From Anthoceros angustus (lineage: Eukaryota > Plantae > Anthocerotophyta): a DNA stretch of 64,000 nt. This document shows positions 27,874-39,189 of the stretch, in pieces. The DNA lies in assembly GCA_010909165.1 (NCBI GenBank), contig VJWM01000118.1, forward strand, positions 372,001 through 436,000, written 5' to 3'. Within the stretch, counting starts at the first letter, position 1. Each line of letters begins with the position of its first letter. The translations under genes and the position numbers were made by a program. Under the pieces are notes generated by a model. The model saw nothing but the letters and a program-made list of their open reading frames with translations. It had not been told where the DNA came from and made no database searches.

Positions 27874-28263
27874 GAACATTTTTTGAGGGAATAATCAAAG
27901 TGGGTGTTCCATGTGCAAACAATACTAAGTGCAATGGATAGTCCACTACACATCGTAACATGCTTGATAACACAGTCTGAGACAACAGAATGAGCGTGAC
28001 TTCGTGGATGCCTGGAGTCTAACTGGATGAACTTCACCTCCCCGCGTACATATTTCAAGCTCCTGATGATAACCCTCGTTGCGTTGAATGATCGCTGTGT
28101 CAAGCAGAAGCCTTTTGGTAGATAAAATATCAAAGTGATTCAGGCTGTTGAATGATCCCTGGAAGCTTTCTTTTTTACCTACCAAGAGTATTTTAAAATA
28201 ATCACTCCAAGTTTTGGTCATGGAAAGCTCTGACCCTGATTTGAACACGGAACCTCGAGTGAG

Positions 28264-29335
28264 TATGGAATACCGATCTGGTCACACGGGAACGTGTGTG
28301 TGACATTCTTTTTTTTGGGTGTATGCTACGGAAATATACCACGGCATCTTTTATATACTTACATACAATACACGCATCTGGAGGTTCGTACATGGGGAAA
28401 GAACTTTCTATCACACGATCAGACTCCTGGTGTTCCGATTGTGTCATGCACACTTTTTCTTTAGGGTTTTCGATCCCATCAACACACATACATGTTAAAC
28501 ATGCGGGCAAGACATACATACACAAATTTTTCTTCATAAATATGGCCCACGTGCACGGTTCCCATTTCCTCAAGGCCTTGATCTCGCTTTCGCCTCGCTC
28601 TCGCTCTCTCATCTATCTGGCGCTCTCGCTCTCGCATCTGTCTGGCGCGACCATCGGTAGAATATGCATGCTCACAATCGAGACTGATTCGGCAGTGGCT
28701 CACCTGGACGAAGCAGTCGTCGAAGTGGTGCTAAATCAAAGAAGCAAAGGGCTTGTGCATCGTGTGCATACGGGGCTCAGCATAGCCACGGGGTTACGGT
28801 CCGTTTGTCACACAAGCTTGTTACAAGCTTGTTTTGGGGTAGTTAGTGCTATGTGAAACTGCACCCCCACCATATGCAGCAGGCCTAGGAAACGTTGCAG
28901 CCATGTATGTAGCCAGTGCCAAACACTGCAGCCTTGCACGTAAGGCAACGCACTTTTCGCACCGCAAACACGATGACGATGACGCCGGCGTAAAGCGCGG
29001 TACAAGCGGTTAAGCCGTAACGGCCGATAACCCTAACAAATTGTGGATGCCGCGTGACCAGAGATGACATATTGCGTGCCACAATGGCGTGGCAATGCAA
29101 ATGACCTAAATGCAACCCTAAACCCCAGAGAAGAAAAGTTTATGTCTATCGTGGAATCTTTTTGTGCATCATAGGGTGGGTTGACGACATCGGGACACCG
29201 GGGAGCCGCAGCCCCAATCGATCTGGTCATGCATGACATACCGAAATAGTTCCGCCGTATGCGAAGGGACTATTTCTTTCTGTCCTCAACCCTAAAAGAA
29301 TGTGGATGCCGCGTGACCAGATCGGTATTCCATAG
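28264..29335. mobile_element. non-autonomous TIR element (~1.07 kb)
   Basis: 22-bp perfect TIR TATGGAATACCGATCTGGTCAC (28264-28285 and 29313-29334). GTGAG occurs on both flanks (possible 5-bp TSD, one base off on the right). Internal partial TIR copies near 29050 and 29220. Confidence 0.7.
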
Positions 29336-29906
29336 GTGAGTGCTCTAAGCTATCATAGAAACAGTTTGAAAGTCCTGATATCCTTATAGTCTTTTCCAGG
29401 GCGGACTAAGTTCGTGTAACTTGAAAGTTCTACACCAAATTACATACCAGCCCGATATGTATCATGTCTCCCGTCCGTCATCAGCATTCCAGGCATCTCC
29501 ATTGTACCTGCACGGCAGTTAACCCCAGGAGGACGGAATGCTTCACTCTACCCTCAAGCAAGTCAGCCTGCTTGTGGGTGCCTCACTCGTTGTTGGAATC
29601 CAGCAAGATCAGGCGAAGATCGCTTCGCCTTCATCACTGTTGCCTTTCACAGGCTAGGCCATTTTCCTGCAGTAGAGCTGAGCATTAGGGCAAGTATTCG
29701 TCTGATTAGGGCGTTCCGTTGGCTGCTCTACCGCCACGGGAATGCTGCGTTAGATGGCTGCTCTGGCAATCGTCTGCTTTGCGGCCCAGATTGACGCTTT
29801 CTTGGTCTCCTGTAGGCTCTAGCGAAAGCTCGCGGTGTTGCCAAATTCCTGCAGGTGCTCAAAGCGCAGGCAAGTGAGCTGCCTTGCCTTGCCTCACTGC
29901 ATCCAG

Positions 29907-30631
29907 TATGGCGCTGAGGTCTGCGTTTAGGGTTGGTGAGAATCCTGCATCCGAGACTACCTTCCCTGCTTCTTCCAATTTCAAGTATGCTTCTCTGATG
30001 TGATCGTGATGGTGTCTGTGGCTTGACAGGGCCTGTAGGAGGAGGCCTATGCAGGAGCTCCTTGCTGTTAAATGACCTCATTAGAGCAGGGCAGCAGGAG
30101 CAGGAATTGGGCAGGTCCCTGCTAAGCAAAGCACATCTGAGCGGATCAAGCTCAGGGCTGGAGGATAAGCTGCCTCCCGTGAGGAAGAGCAAGGAGGCGG
30201 TGGTGTATGAGGGGCCCCTGGCCAGCACGCTACAGAGAGTCAAGCTGCTCTCTCTCTCGACCTGCTGCTTGTCTGTGTCATGTGGCCCTGCTCTCACTTT
30301 CTTCACTGCTGGGGATCTCTCGGTGCTTGCCAAGGGAGCCCTGGCGTCCACCATGATGCTGCTCAGTGCTTCCACCACAGCTGCTCTGCACTGGATTGCC
30401 AGCCCTTACGTGCGAAAGTTAACATGGATTCCAGGCTCCAAGGAAATGGAGGTGGAAATTCTCTCATGGATGGCTACGTCCTTGCACAAAACCATTAGAA
30501 TCGCTGATGTCAAGGCACCTGAGACGCAGCGTCCCTTGGTCACCTTCGCTGCTGGGGGAAACTTCTATTTCATTGACAAGGAGAAGTTCCCTAATCAGGA
30601 GCTTCTTAAGAAACTGACACCGCAAACATGA
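29907..30631 (+). CDS. TMEM70: TMEM70-family mitochondrial membrane protein (~209 aa, 2 exons)
   Basis: Exons 29907-29934 and 30030-30631, in phase. Transit-peptide-like start MALRSAFRVG. Family motifs VYEGPLASTLQRVKLLSLSTC, LHWIASPYV, RPLVTFAAGGNFYFID. Confidence 0.85.
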
Positions 30632-31036
30632 CAGTCTCAATGCTTTCTGTCGCCAAATTCTTTAATGCAAATTCCGGTCTATTCCAAGTTGTGCTAGTTT
30701 CAGATGAAATGTCATCTCCTTAACATCGTTCTTATAAACAAAGTATCAATACTCAGCCTTGTCATGTGATGACAAACTAAGGGGACATCGGAGGCGTAAA
30801 TCACAACCAATTTCACCTCCGTTATCGACAAAAAATTCGTGTTGCGGATGCTGTTGTCCATGGAAGTGTACACCACGATCAATCTCTGTCAACCTAAGGG
30901 AGTCCTGTAGAGGCAAAAAAATAACTAGATTCAAAAGCACTACATCCGAGAGTGGACCAGGTAATCAGACGTTACCAAAAATCCTCAACCGAAGTGAAAC
31001 ATGAAAGTAGAGTGGAGTGAATTCGCCATCGGACTC

Positions 31037-32752
31037 TCACCCGTTCGAGGTCTTCTCTTTGTGGCCATTGGCCATGGTCTCGTCACAGACCTGTCCGTCC
31101 TCAGGTCGATTGCAGGTCCGCTTCGTTGATCTCACAGGGTCTTGCTTCCACTTGGCCCTCCTCTTATCCTGCCCCAGCTCCTTGTCCATCTTCTCGTCTT
31201 CAGCATCCCAATCCTTTCCCCATGCGGTGAGCCAGTCAGGATGCATGCGCTTGCGACAGGTGGGTCTGCAGCATCGCCTCTCTGACCCTCGAAACCACAC
31301 TAGTAAACAGTGCAAGTGATAAAGGCAGCCACACGAAGCCCCCACGAAATCTGAGCAGTGATACCATCTCTCGCACACTGGGCACGGCTTAATCTCAAGA
31401 GTCTCAGGAGGCCGAAGATCTTCCGGATAGTCGGTTGCCTGAGGGATGCTTCTGGGAACAACGCTCAGGTTCGTGGCCTCCTTGTAACGCTCGCTGACCA
31501 AGGAACGAACTTTTAACAACTCTGCCGCTCGCTGCTCCCTCGTCCGCTCATATTGCAATTGCTTCTCAGACTCCCTGTATGCGCGCATCGCCTTCTCCGA
31601 CCTCTCCTTCAACTTTGCCAGCTCCGTTTCAACCACCTTTTTCATCCGATCGAACCTTTCCACCGACTTCGCTTGTAAGTCAGCCTGCGGAGCCGTAAGC
31701 TCCAAGATGTCCATCAGAAATTCCATTTCTGTCTGCAACTGGCCGATCTGGTATTGATCCTTCTTGCTCCCGGGTTTTAACAGCTGCTTCGCCTGAAACA
31801 CATCTTGCAGCCTCTCCTCCCAGCTTTGCCGTTCGCGCTGAAGTTTCTCATGGTGCTCTCTCGCCTCCTGCGCTTGCTTCTTAACCTCTTCAATTCTCTC
31901 CTTGTTCTTGTCCACCAGCCTCAGCGCCTCCTCCCGCTCCTCCTTTGCCAAACTCCTCTTCCTCTCCAAGTCCTGCACAGAGCTCTGCGCATCCTCCCAG
32001 TGCCGCTTGACCTTCCGCTCTCGAGCTTCCGCTCTCCGAACCTGCTCTTCGTGGCTCTCCTCCCTCTCCCTCCTCTCCAACTCCTTCCGGTAGACCATGT
32101 CCATTCTCGGATCTTGAGGATCCTCCAAGAACATCCTGAAACGCTGTCGCAATTCCAATCGAGGCGATCTCAAGCCGTCGTGCTCCACTACAGACCGACA
32201 ATCTCGATCCTCCTCATCAAAGCAAATTCGTCTCTTCTCGCGCCCCGCTCTGGGAGTCGGAGCTGCCCGCTGCGGCCTGAACTGTAACTCGTAGGCAAAA
32301 TTTGCCCAGTCCACAGGAATGCTGTAACGACGGTCCGCAATCAAACCGCGGACAAAAGCCAGTCCCACCAGCCTCTTCTTGCTCTTCCCTTCCCCGTATA
32401 CCTTCTTCAGCATAAGCTGAGCAAATTGGACCATTTCCACATCCGGATTCCCATCCTCATCCACAGCGGAATTGATCAAATAACCCCGCCCGCCTGCTGC
32501 TCCCTCTCCAAACACCTCCTCTACAGCCTTCCGCGACACAACCAGCTCAAATTCCTTGTCGCACGGATTGTGGCCCTCGCAGCTCAGCCCCACAGTGTCC
32601 CGAAAGTACTCCAGCGGCTTTAGCGCGTCCTGCACCACGTCCAGGCTCAGCACCGGCGTCAGAAGCTCCTCATTACTATCGGCCATCTCTATACCCACGG
32701 GTAATCTCTGCAAGAACTCGCCGCTTTTAGTGGGGACGCTGCTAACCGTCAT
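31037..32752 (-). CDS. intronless 571-aa protein: unknown N-terminal domain, long coiled coil, C-terminal RING-like zinc finger
   Basis: Uninterrupted ORF with an E/R/K-rich helical centre. C-terminal CPVC-x13-CGC-x2-H-x2-C-x3-W...CCRPTC. Confidence 0.7.
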   Translation of the reverse strand: MTVSSVPTKSGEFLQRLPVGIEMADSNEELLTPVLSLDVVQDALKPLEYFRDTVGLSCEGHNPCDKEFELVVSRKAVEEVFGEGAAGGRGYLINSAVDEDGNPDVEMVQFAQLMLKKVYGEGKSKKRLVGLAFVRGLIADRRYSIPVDWANFAYELQFRPQRAAPTPRAGREKRRICFDEEDRDCRSVVEHDGLRSPRLELRQRFRMFLEDPQDPRMDMVYRKELERREREESHEEQVRRAEARERKVKRHWEDAQSSVQDLERKRSLAKEEREEALRLVDKNKERIEEVKKQAQEAREHHEKLQRERQSWEERLQDVFQAKQLLKPGSKKDQYQIGQLQTEMEFLMDILELTAPQADLQAKSVERFDRMKKVVETELAKLKERSEKAMRAYRESEKQLQYERTREQRAAELLKVRSLVSERYKEATNLSVVPRSIPQATDYPEDLRPPETLEIKPCPVCERWYHCSDFVGASCGCLYHLHCLLVWFRGSERRCCRPTCRKRMHPDWLTAWGKDWDAEDEKMDKELGQDKRRAKWKQDPVRSTKRTCNRPEDGQVCDETMANGHKEKTSNG

Positions 32753-33678
32753 TAATCCCGAATCATCCCGCTAATAGCAGCTTACAATGCTATCATAACA
32801 CGAATATGGAAATCATTTCTAATAGGTACAAAACAAATTACTAAATCAGAGTCTTTTCATTTTCGCGATGCGTGAAGCCAAGGCCAAATGACACACATAC
32901 CTTAAGAACGTCGTAGTTAAGCGTCACATGCCCTTAAGTCCACTTAAAATAAATTTGTTTGTTTGTATGATGGCCATCTGGAATGAAAAAGCTGAGCTAT
33001 CAGCCCGTAAAACCACATCGCCCCGGCCAAGCTCGATCGGCCCTCCGTGGGCCGGGCTCGATCGCCCGAGTCAGCTAGCGTCGATCCCATGACCTCTTCG
33101 CCCAGTCTATCCGAGCTCCATAGCCCAACCCATCTATGCCTCCATCGCCTAGCCACCTCGCCCGGCTCTTACCCATCTTCCCAACGTCGTTCTCTCCTCA
33201 CCACATTTGTCCCAGTAACACAATAAACGAGTTTCAGTAATTTCTAATCCTAGTTTTTTTAATCTAATAATTATGTCTTATCGACAACCACCTAAATCAC
33301 CCTCTTTTCTGTTTTACATACTATTGAGATTGTTGCGCAAGCCAAAGCTGACAAAATCTAGCTCTAGGACCAGGTTTGTTGCAAAAGTAACAAGAAAGGT
33401 TTTCTCCCATAAGACTTGGTTGTATACCATGAGCAGCGGAACCAAAATCACAAGAATTAACGTTATTGGGGGCATCAGCGAATAAAGACCTGTCGCGCAG
33501 CAGCCGCATAGCTGCATGCCTACCTAGCCTGTCTACAAAGCTAAGTCACCAAACACCAGCCTGCCTGCGATCTCCTTGGCCTTGGCCGGAGCAACAATCT
33601 TAGCCATAAATTGTCCTTGGCCTATGACCAAGGGCAAGGCTAAAAGAGTGGGTGCCTAAGAGAGACAGGCCGGTGACA

Positions 33679-34291
33679 GGTGAAATCAAGCTGGAAAATT
33701 CTCCCAACCGACAATGCAACGAACCACAAGAACCTCTAGGAGACAAAGACACGAGGACGTATGGCTGTCTATTAGAACAAGACAAACATCAACAATCCAA
33801 GAATCCATGGTGGTGCCCACATATATAGGCAAAACCCCAGTTCTCGATGAAGTGCCTCCTCGTATCGATGGTGGGCACTTTATAATCCTACTTTCCTTGG
33901 CCTTGAAATAATAATATTTTATGTGTTTAACAGCCTATTCGTCCTTTTCCTTGTTTTATGATTTTTATGTATTTTCTAATATAAATCTATATATGCGTCA
34001 TAGCATACATGCATAACCATGCATATAGATTGCATGCGCCATGACACATCACGCCACATGTCCACATCACATGTCATCCTTCATCTCCATACATGCATAC
34101 ATGGCACACATGCATACATACATACATGTCATGTGCGGCCATCCATGGGCCATGTACATGACATCATCAAGCACTTGGCTTATGCCCGAGATGCTCCGAT
34201 CGATATCTAGTCATTTCGCATTCGGGGCTTATGCCGGGATGCTCTAGTCGATATCCGGTCATAGAGTCTTAGGTGCTCTGTTTCCCATACA
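33679..34291 (-). repeat. LTR-like direct repeat (3' copy)
   Basis: Near-identical to 45862-46491. Begins TGTATGGG on the minus strand. No clear PPT or TSD. Confidence 0.7.
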
Positions 34292-34319
34292 ACAAGGCGC
34301 GGTACAGCCGGCGGCCGCT

Positions 34320-37300
34320 AGCGCATGCCTACCTAGCCTGTCTACAAAGCTAAGTCACCAAACACCGCACTGCGATCTCCTTGGCCTTGGCCCAGAGCAA
34401 CAATCTTAGCCATAATTGTCCTTGGCCTATGACCAAGGGCAAGGCTACAAAAGGGCTGGGTGCCTAAGAGGCAGGCCGGCGACCCCACAGGAAACTTGGA
34501 GGCCTAGCCACGGTTTCCCACAAAATTGTCTAGACCATGGCCTAGAAAACACATTGCTTACCAACGTCCCCACCAGAACGTAGCTTGTCCAACAAGGTGG
34601 TTACGCGAGGAGGAGGAATGGCGTCATCTTCTAGATCCTCATCATCGATGGGTCTTCGCCTCTGCTTAACCGTAATCTCACCGCGCTTGAATCCAGAGAT
34701 CGCCAACGTTCTTCCACAAAGCGCTTGCATCGAATAAAACAGATGCACGCCATCCAAGATCCATGTCCCGATCAGAAGCTTCCGTGTTGGATAATTGAAA
34801 ACGGTAACTTACGGAAGTGTAGATGTGCGGTGGCAAGCCTCCCGAGAGCTTGAAAGCATTCTTCTCCTCTCGAGTCCAAGCACGATCAACATGAGGGGTC
34901 CTCAATTTGTTGGTCGAATGTAAACCGCCGAGGCCACCCTACCACATGATGCCCGTCGCAGATGGTGGAAAACTCGAAACCACTCTTTGAGAAAAATCAA
35001 GCGAGGGTATGTGTCTCCCCAACGAACTCACTGGCAACCTCATCCCATCAAACCATTGATGCATTTGGAAGTGATGCTGCAACTTCCTCCATGCACCTTC
35101 AGATAGCTTGTCCAGTCCGTGGCAAGCGCTTGTGACCCCGACTGGAGCTCAAACAAATCCGGTGTTCCGTGGGATAATGCTCCACCCTACGTCATGGTGC
35201 TCCTCAACATGATGAAAAATGTGAAGCTCGATAACTTCCGGTGGAATACCTGCCCGGTCATCGGGCGGAGTAGAAGATGCTCCACTTACCCGCATCTTCG
35301 TCATCCACAATTGGGGTTCCATCCGCCTGCAAACCTTGCTTGAGTTGGACGGTCATAGCACACCCCGGAGGGCATGATTCCAAGATCTCTACCTCGCCAG
35401 GCGAGACCTCCTCCATGGGCTGGGTGAGAACTACCAGCCCTAGGTGCAACCCTGGAATTTTCAGCACCTGACGAAGGCCGACATACATGCTGTACCTGAG
35501 TAGGATCGAGGTGCGCTCAGGTTTCGGTGTAGCGCTTGCTCCACGCCTGCCGCGAAAAGGCGAGCGTGGTGTTCTCTCGTCAGCCACGCGACCGCCTTGA
35601 TTCGGGATTGGCTTGCCTCAAACTCCTGCCGGCTTTCCATGTTCGCCGACAAAGGATGCTTGCGCGTCCCCTCTTGCGCTTGGTTGACGGTGGCACCTCC
35701 TGGCGCTTCACCTTCGTAATTGTGGATAGGGCGACCGCCTTCCTATGCACGTATGAAACGGGCGACCATGGCGCTCCCTATCCAGCTCCAAACAAACCAC
35801 CTTTAGAAACACTGTGAGGAATTCTCAGCGCCGATCAGTGCATGCAAAGGTTCCTCTTCCAAAATGAGATGCTCGCAGCTGTGCGCCCAATTCTCGTTTC
35901 CGAGGAATTAGACCCTTGTGTCACCCTCCGCTCGTAATTCCTCTTCACAATTCCTTGCACATGCATAATCGGCTTCGCAACAACTCTGTCGCCTTAGCAT
36001 GTGCAAGATCCCGTTTGTGAATTTGGCCCCAAGCATCTTGTGTCCTTCTTCAACTGTCAATCAGCTTCAGCCTTCCAACGTGTGTGAATTTAAGACAACC
36101 TCGGTACCACCTTCCAAGAGCCACGTTCACACTTAGCACATTCTTGCTCACATAGCCATTCTCCTTGGCCTTGGCCCAGAGCAACAATCCTAGCCATAAT
36201 TGTCCTTGGCCTATGACCAAGGCTACAAAGGGCTGGGTGCCTAAGAGAGGGCCGGGCCCCCCTGGGAAACTTGGAGGCCTAGCCACCGGTTTCCCACAAA
36301 ATTGTCTAGACCATGGCCTAGAAAACACACAATGCTTACCAACGCCCCCACCCGAGAACGTAGCTTGTCCAACACGGTGGTTCCGCCCGAGGAGGAGGAA
36401 TGGCGTCATCTTCTAGATCCTCATCATCGATGGGTCTTCTTGTGCCTCGCTTAACCGTAATCTCAGGGCGCTTGAATCCAGAGAGATCACAACTTTCTTC
36501 CACAAAGCGCTTGCATCGAATCGGCTGAAAGGATGCACGCCATCTGTCCGCATCCATGTCCCGGTAAGCTTCGTGTTGGATAATTGAAAACGGTAACTTA
36601 CGGAAGTGTAGATGTGCGGTGGCAAGCCTCCCGAGACAGCTTGAAAGCATTCTTCTCCTCTCGAGTCCAAGCACGATCAACATGAGGGGTCCTCAATTTG
36701 TTGGTCGAATGTAAACCGCCGAGGCCACCCTACCACATGATGCCCGTCGCAGATGGTGGAAAACTCGAAACCACTCTTTGAGAAAAATCAAGCGAGGGTA
36801 TGTGTCTCCCACCAACGAACCGGGCAACCTCATCCCATCAAACCATTGATGCATTTGGAAGTGATGCTGCAACTTCCTCCATGCACCTTCAGATAGCTTG
36901 TCCAGTCCGTGGCAAGCGCTTGTGACCCCGACCTGGAGCTCAAACAAATCCGGTGTTCCGTGGGATAATGCTCCACCCTCATGGTGCTCCTCAACATGAT
37001 GAAAAATGTGAAGCTCGTCATAACTTCCGGTGGAATACCTGCCCGGTCATATCGGGAGTAGAAGATGCTCCACTTACCCGCATCATCATCCACAATTGGG
37101 GTCCATCCCCGCAAACCTTGCTTGAGTTGGTCATAGCACTCGGAGGGCATGATTCCAAGATCTCTACCTCGCGAGACCTCCTCCATGGGCTGGGTGGTGA
37201 GAACTACCACCCTAGGTGCAACCACAGCACCGACGGGCCGACATACATGCTGTACGAGTAGGATCGAGGTGCGCTCCGGTTGCCTTGGCGGTGGCGGTTG

Positions 37301-37930
37301 CTCCACGCTCGCGAAAAGGCGAGCGTGGTGTTCTCGCTGCCGACGGGTGACCGCCTTGATTCGGGATCTTGCCTCAAACTCCGCGGCTTTCCATGTTCGC
37401 CGACAAAGGATGCTTGCGTCGTCCCCTCTTGCGCTTGGTTGACGGTGGCACCTCCTCTCTGACGCTTCACCTTCGTAATTGTGGATAGGGCGTTACGCCT
37501 TCTCCTATGCACGTATGAAACGGGCGACCATGGCGCTCCCTATCCAGCTCCAAGTGAAACCACCTTTAGAAACACTGTGAGGAATTCGCCCGCCCGATCA
37601 CTGCATGCAAAGGTTCCTCTTCCAAAATGAGATGCTCCCTCGTAGCTATGCCCAATTTCGCTCTCGTTTCCGAGGAATTAGACCCTTGTCGCTTGCCACC
37701 TCCTACGTCTGTAATTCCTCTTTCACAATTCCTTGCACATGCGAGCATCGGCTTCGCAACAACTCTCATGCCTTAGCATGTGCAAGATCCGTTGTGAATT
37801 TGGCCCCAAGCATCTTGTGTCCTTCTTCACTGCTGTACCTGTCAACTGCTGTTTCAGCTTCCAACGTGTGTGAATTTAAGACAACCTCAGTACCACCTTC
37901 TGCAAGAGCCACGTTCACACTTAGCACATT
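34320..37930 (-). pseudogene. two tandem copies (~1.8 kb each) of a frameshifted coding region downstream of the PHD finger
   Basis: 34320-36130 resembles 36150-37930. Both give the peptides GLPPHIYTSVSYRFQLSNT, DDEDLEDDAIPPPR and QPMEEVS. A short third fragment lies at 33511-33678. Confidence 0.6.
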
Positions 37931-38058
37931 ACAGTGCTCACATAGCCATTCTCCTTCTGGAACACTGTCCAGTGCCGGTTTGAGGCAAAACAGATGGTAA
38001 CTACACCTCACATAGCAACATGAATTCTTCGTCGGTTGTGTGTCCACACTCTCATGGC
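37931..38058 (-). pseudogene. PHD finger at the C-terminal side of the integrase
   Basis: In frame: YHLFCLKPALDSVPEGEWLCEHC. The upstream half, CGHTTDEEFMLLCE, appears in an adjacent frame. Confidence 0.85.
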
Positions 38059-38059
38059 A

Positions 38060-39150
38060 ACCGTCTGCTGGTGGCGTCCGGTCGAGGCGATTCGTGTATC
38101 CGGATCGGGCAAATGGCATGGAGCCAAATGCTTCATGTGTTCCTTGCACCTTACGCCATCTCTTCCTTCAAGTTCAACCACACCTTGCTCACCAACTCGA
38201 CAACTCTCGGATAAGCCTCCTGTCGACATCTAACGTGCTTGCGGCTGCGGCCGCAAGTACACGTAATCTCCAGATGCAAACTTGCGGCTTTGGGCTTCCA
38301 CGAGCCCCAGATAAGCATACCTCACCGGTCCCGATCTTTGGGCCACAAATTGTCCATAGCCATGGGAAGAATTCTTTGAAATACTTACGCTCGGCTTGAA
38401 CTCGTATAAGCACACATTTGCATCTTTGCTCCGATCAGGATGGAGTAAGTGTCCTTCACCACATTCGGCAACACGCGTTGCGTCCAATAACAAAAAGTAT
38501 GGTGAAACTTCCAAGAGCTGCACCCACCCCAACCAACACGATGTAAGGGAGCAATTCATCCCAACACTTGGGCTCCACGAATGCAAGATTTCCTTAGTGC
38601 ATCCTTGAAGGTTTGCACTAGTTTTCCGCGGCCATCGGCTGTGGATGATCCTCGATGTCCTCCCCGTGATCAATGAGACTCCGTCAGCAAGGTGCGAATT
38701 CACCTCGAAACTCACTCGTCCGTGAGCACCTCCAGACTCCCAAATCGGTGAGCACACACTGCAAAAGCTCACTGGTGTAATGCGAGGTTCTCGTGGTAAG
38801 AACGCCACTTCAACCCACTTAGAGAAATGCTCAATCATGACCATGCAATGTCGGTTACCTTGCTTTGTGAGAGGAAGCTCGCATAAGGTCAACCGACCAT
38901 CTAAAGAATAGCCCCACGATTGGTAGGGAGTGCAACACCACATCACGGTGTTAAATCTAGCTTTGACGCATCACATGCACACTTAGCCACCACCTTCTCG
39001 ACATCGCATACATCCCCGACTGTACTGACTCTTCAACATGTGGTGTGTCCTCTTCACACCAAAGTGGCCAAGGGTTTCGTGCACCTTGGTCACTATGCCC
39101 ACTCTTTCCTCGGGACTTGGTACTTTCCTTACGAGTTCTCCTTGACGTGA
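38060..39150 (-). pseudogene. retroviral-type integrase (frameshifted)
   Basis: HETLGHFGVKRTHHML (HHCC zinc-binding region), ELPLTKQGNRHCMVMIEHFSKWVEV (core), GDYVYL and GVVELEGRDG...LAPCHLP (C-terminal region). Confidence 0.85.
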
Positions 39151-39189
39151 CTCACCATCTTCCCATGAGTATCCGCCACGCGCCTTGAG

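Noticed and set aside
29728-30378. 216-aa minus-strand ORF
   Set aside because: It is the antisense shadow of TMEM70.
31805-32287. 160-aa Leu-rich plus-strand ORF
   Set aside because: It is the antisense shadow of the coiled-coil region of the 571-aa ORF.
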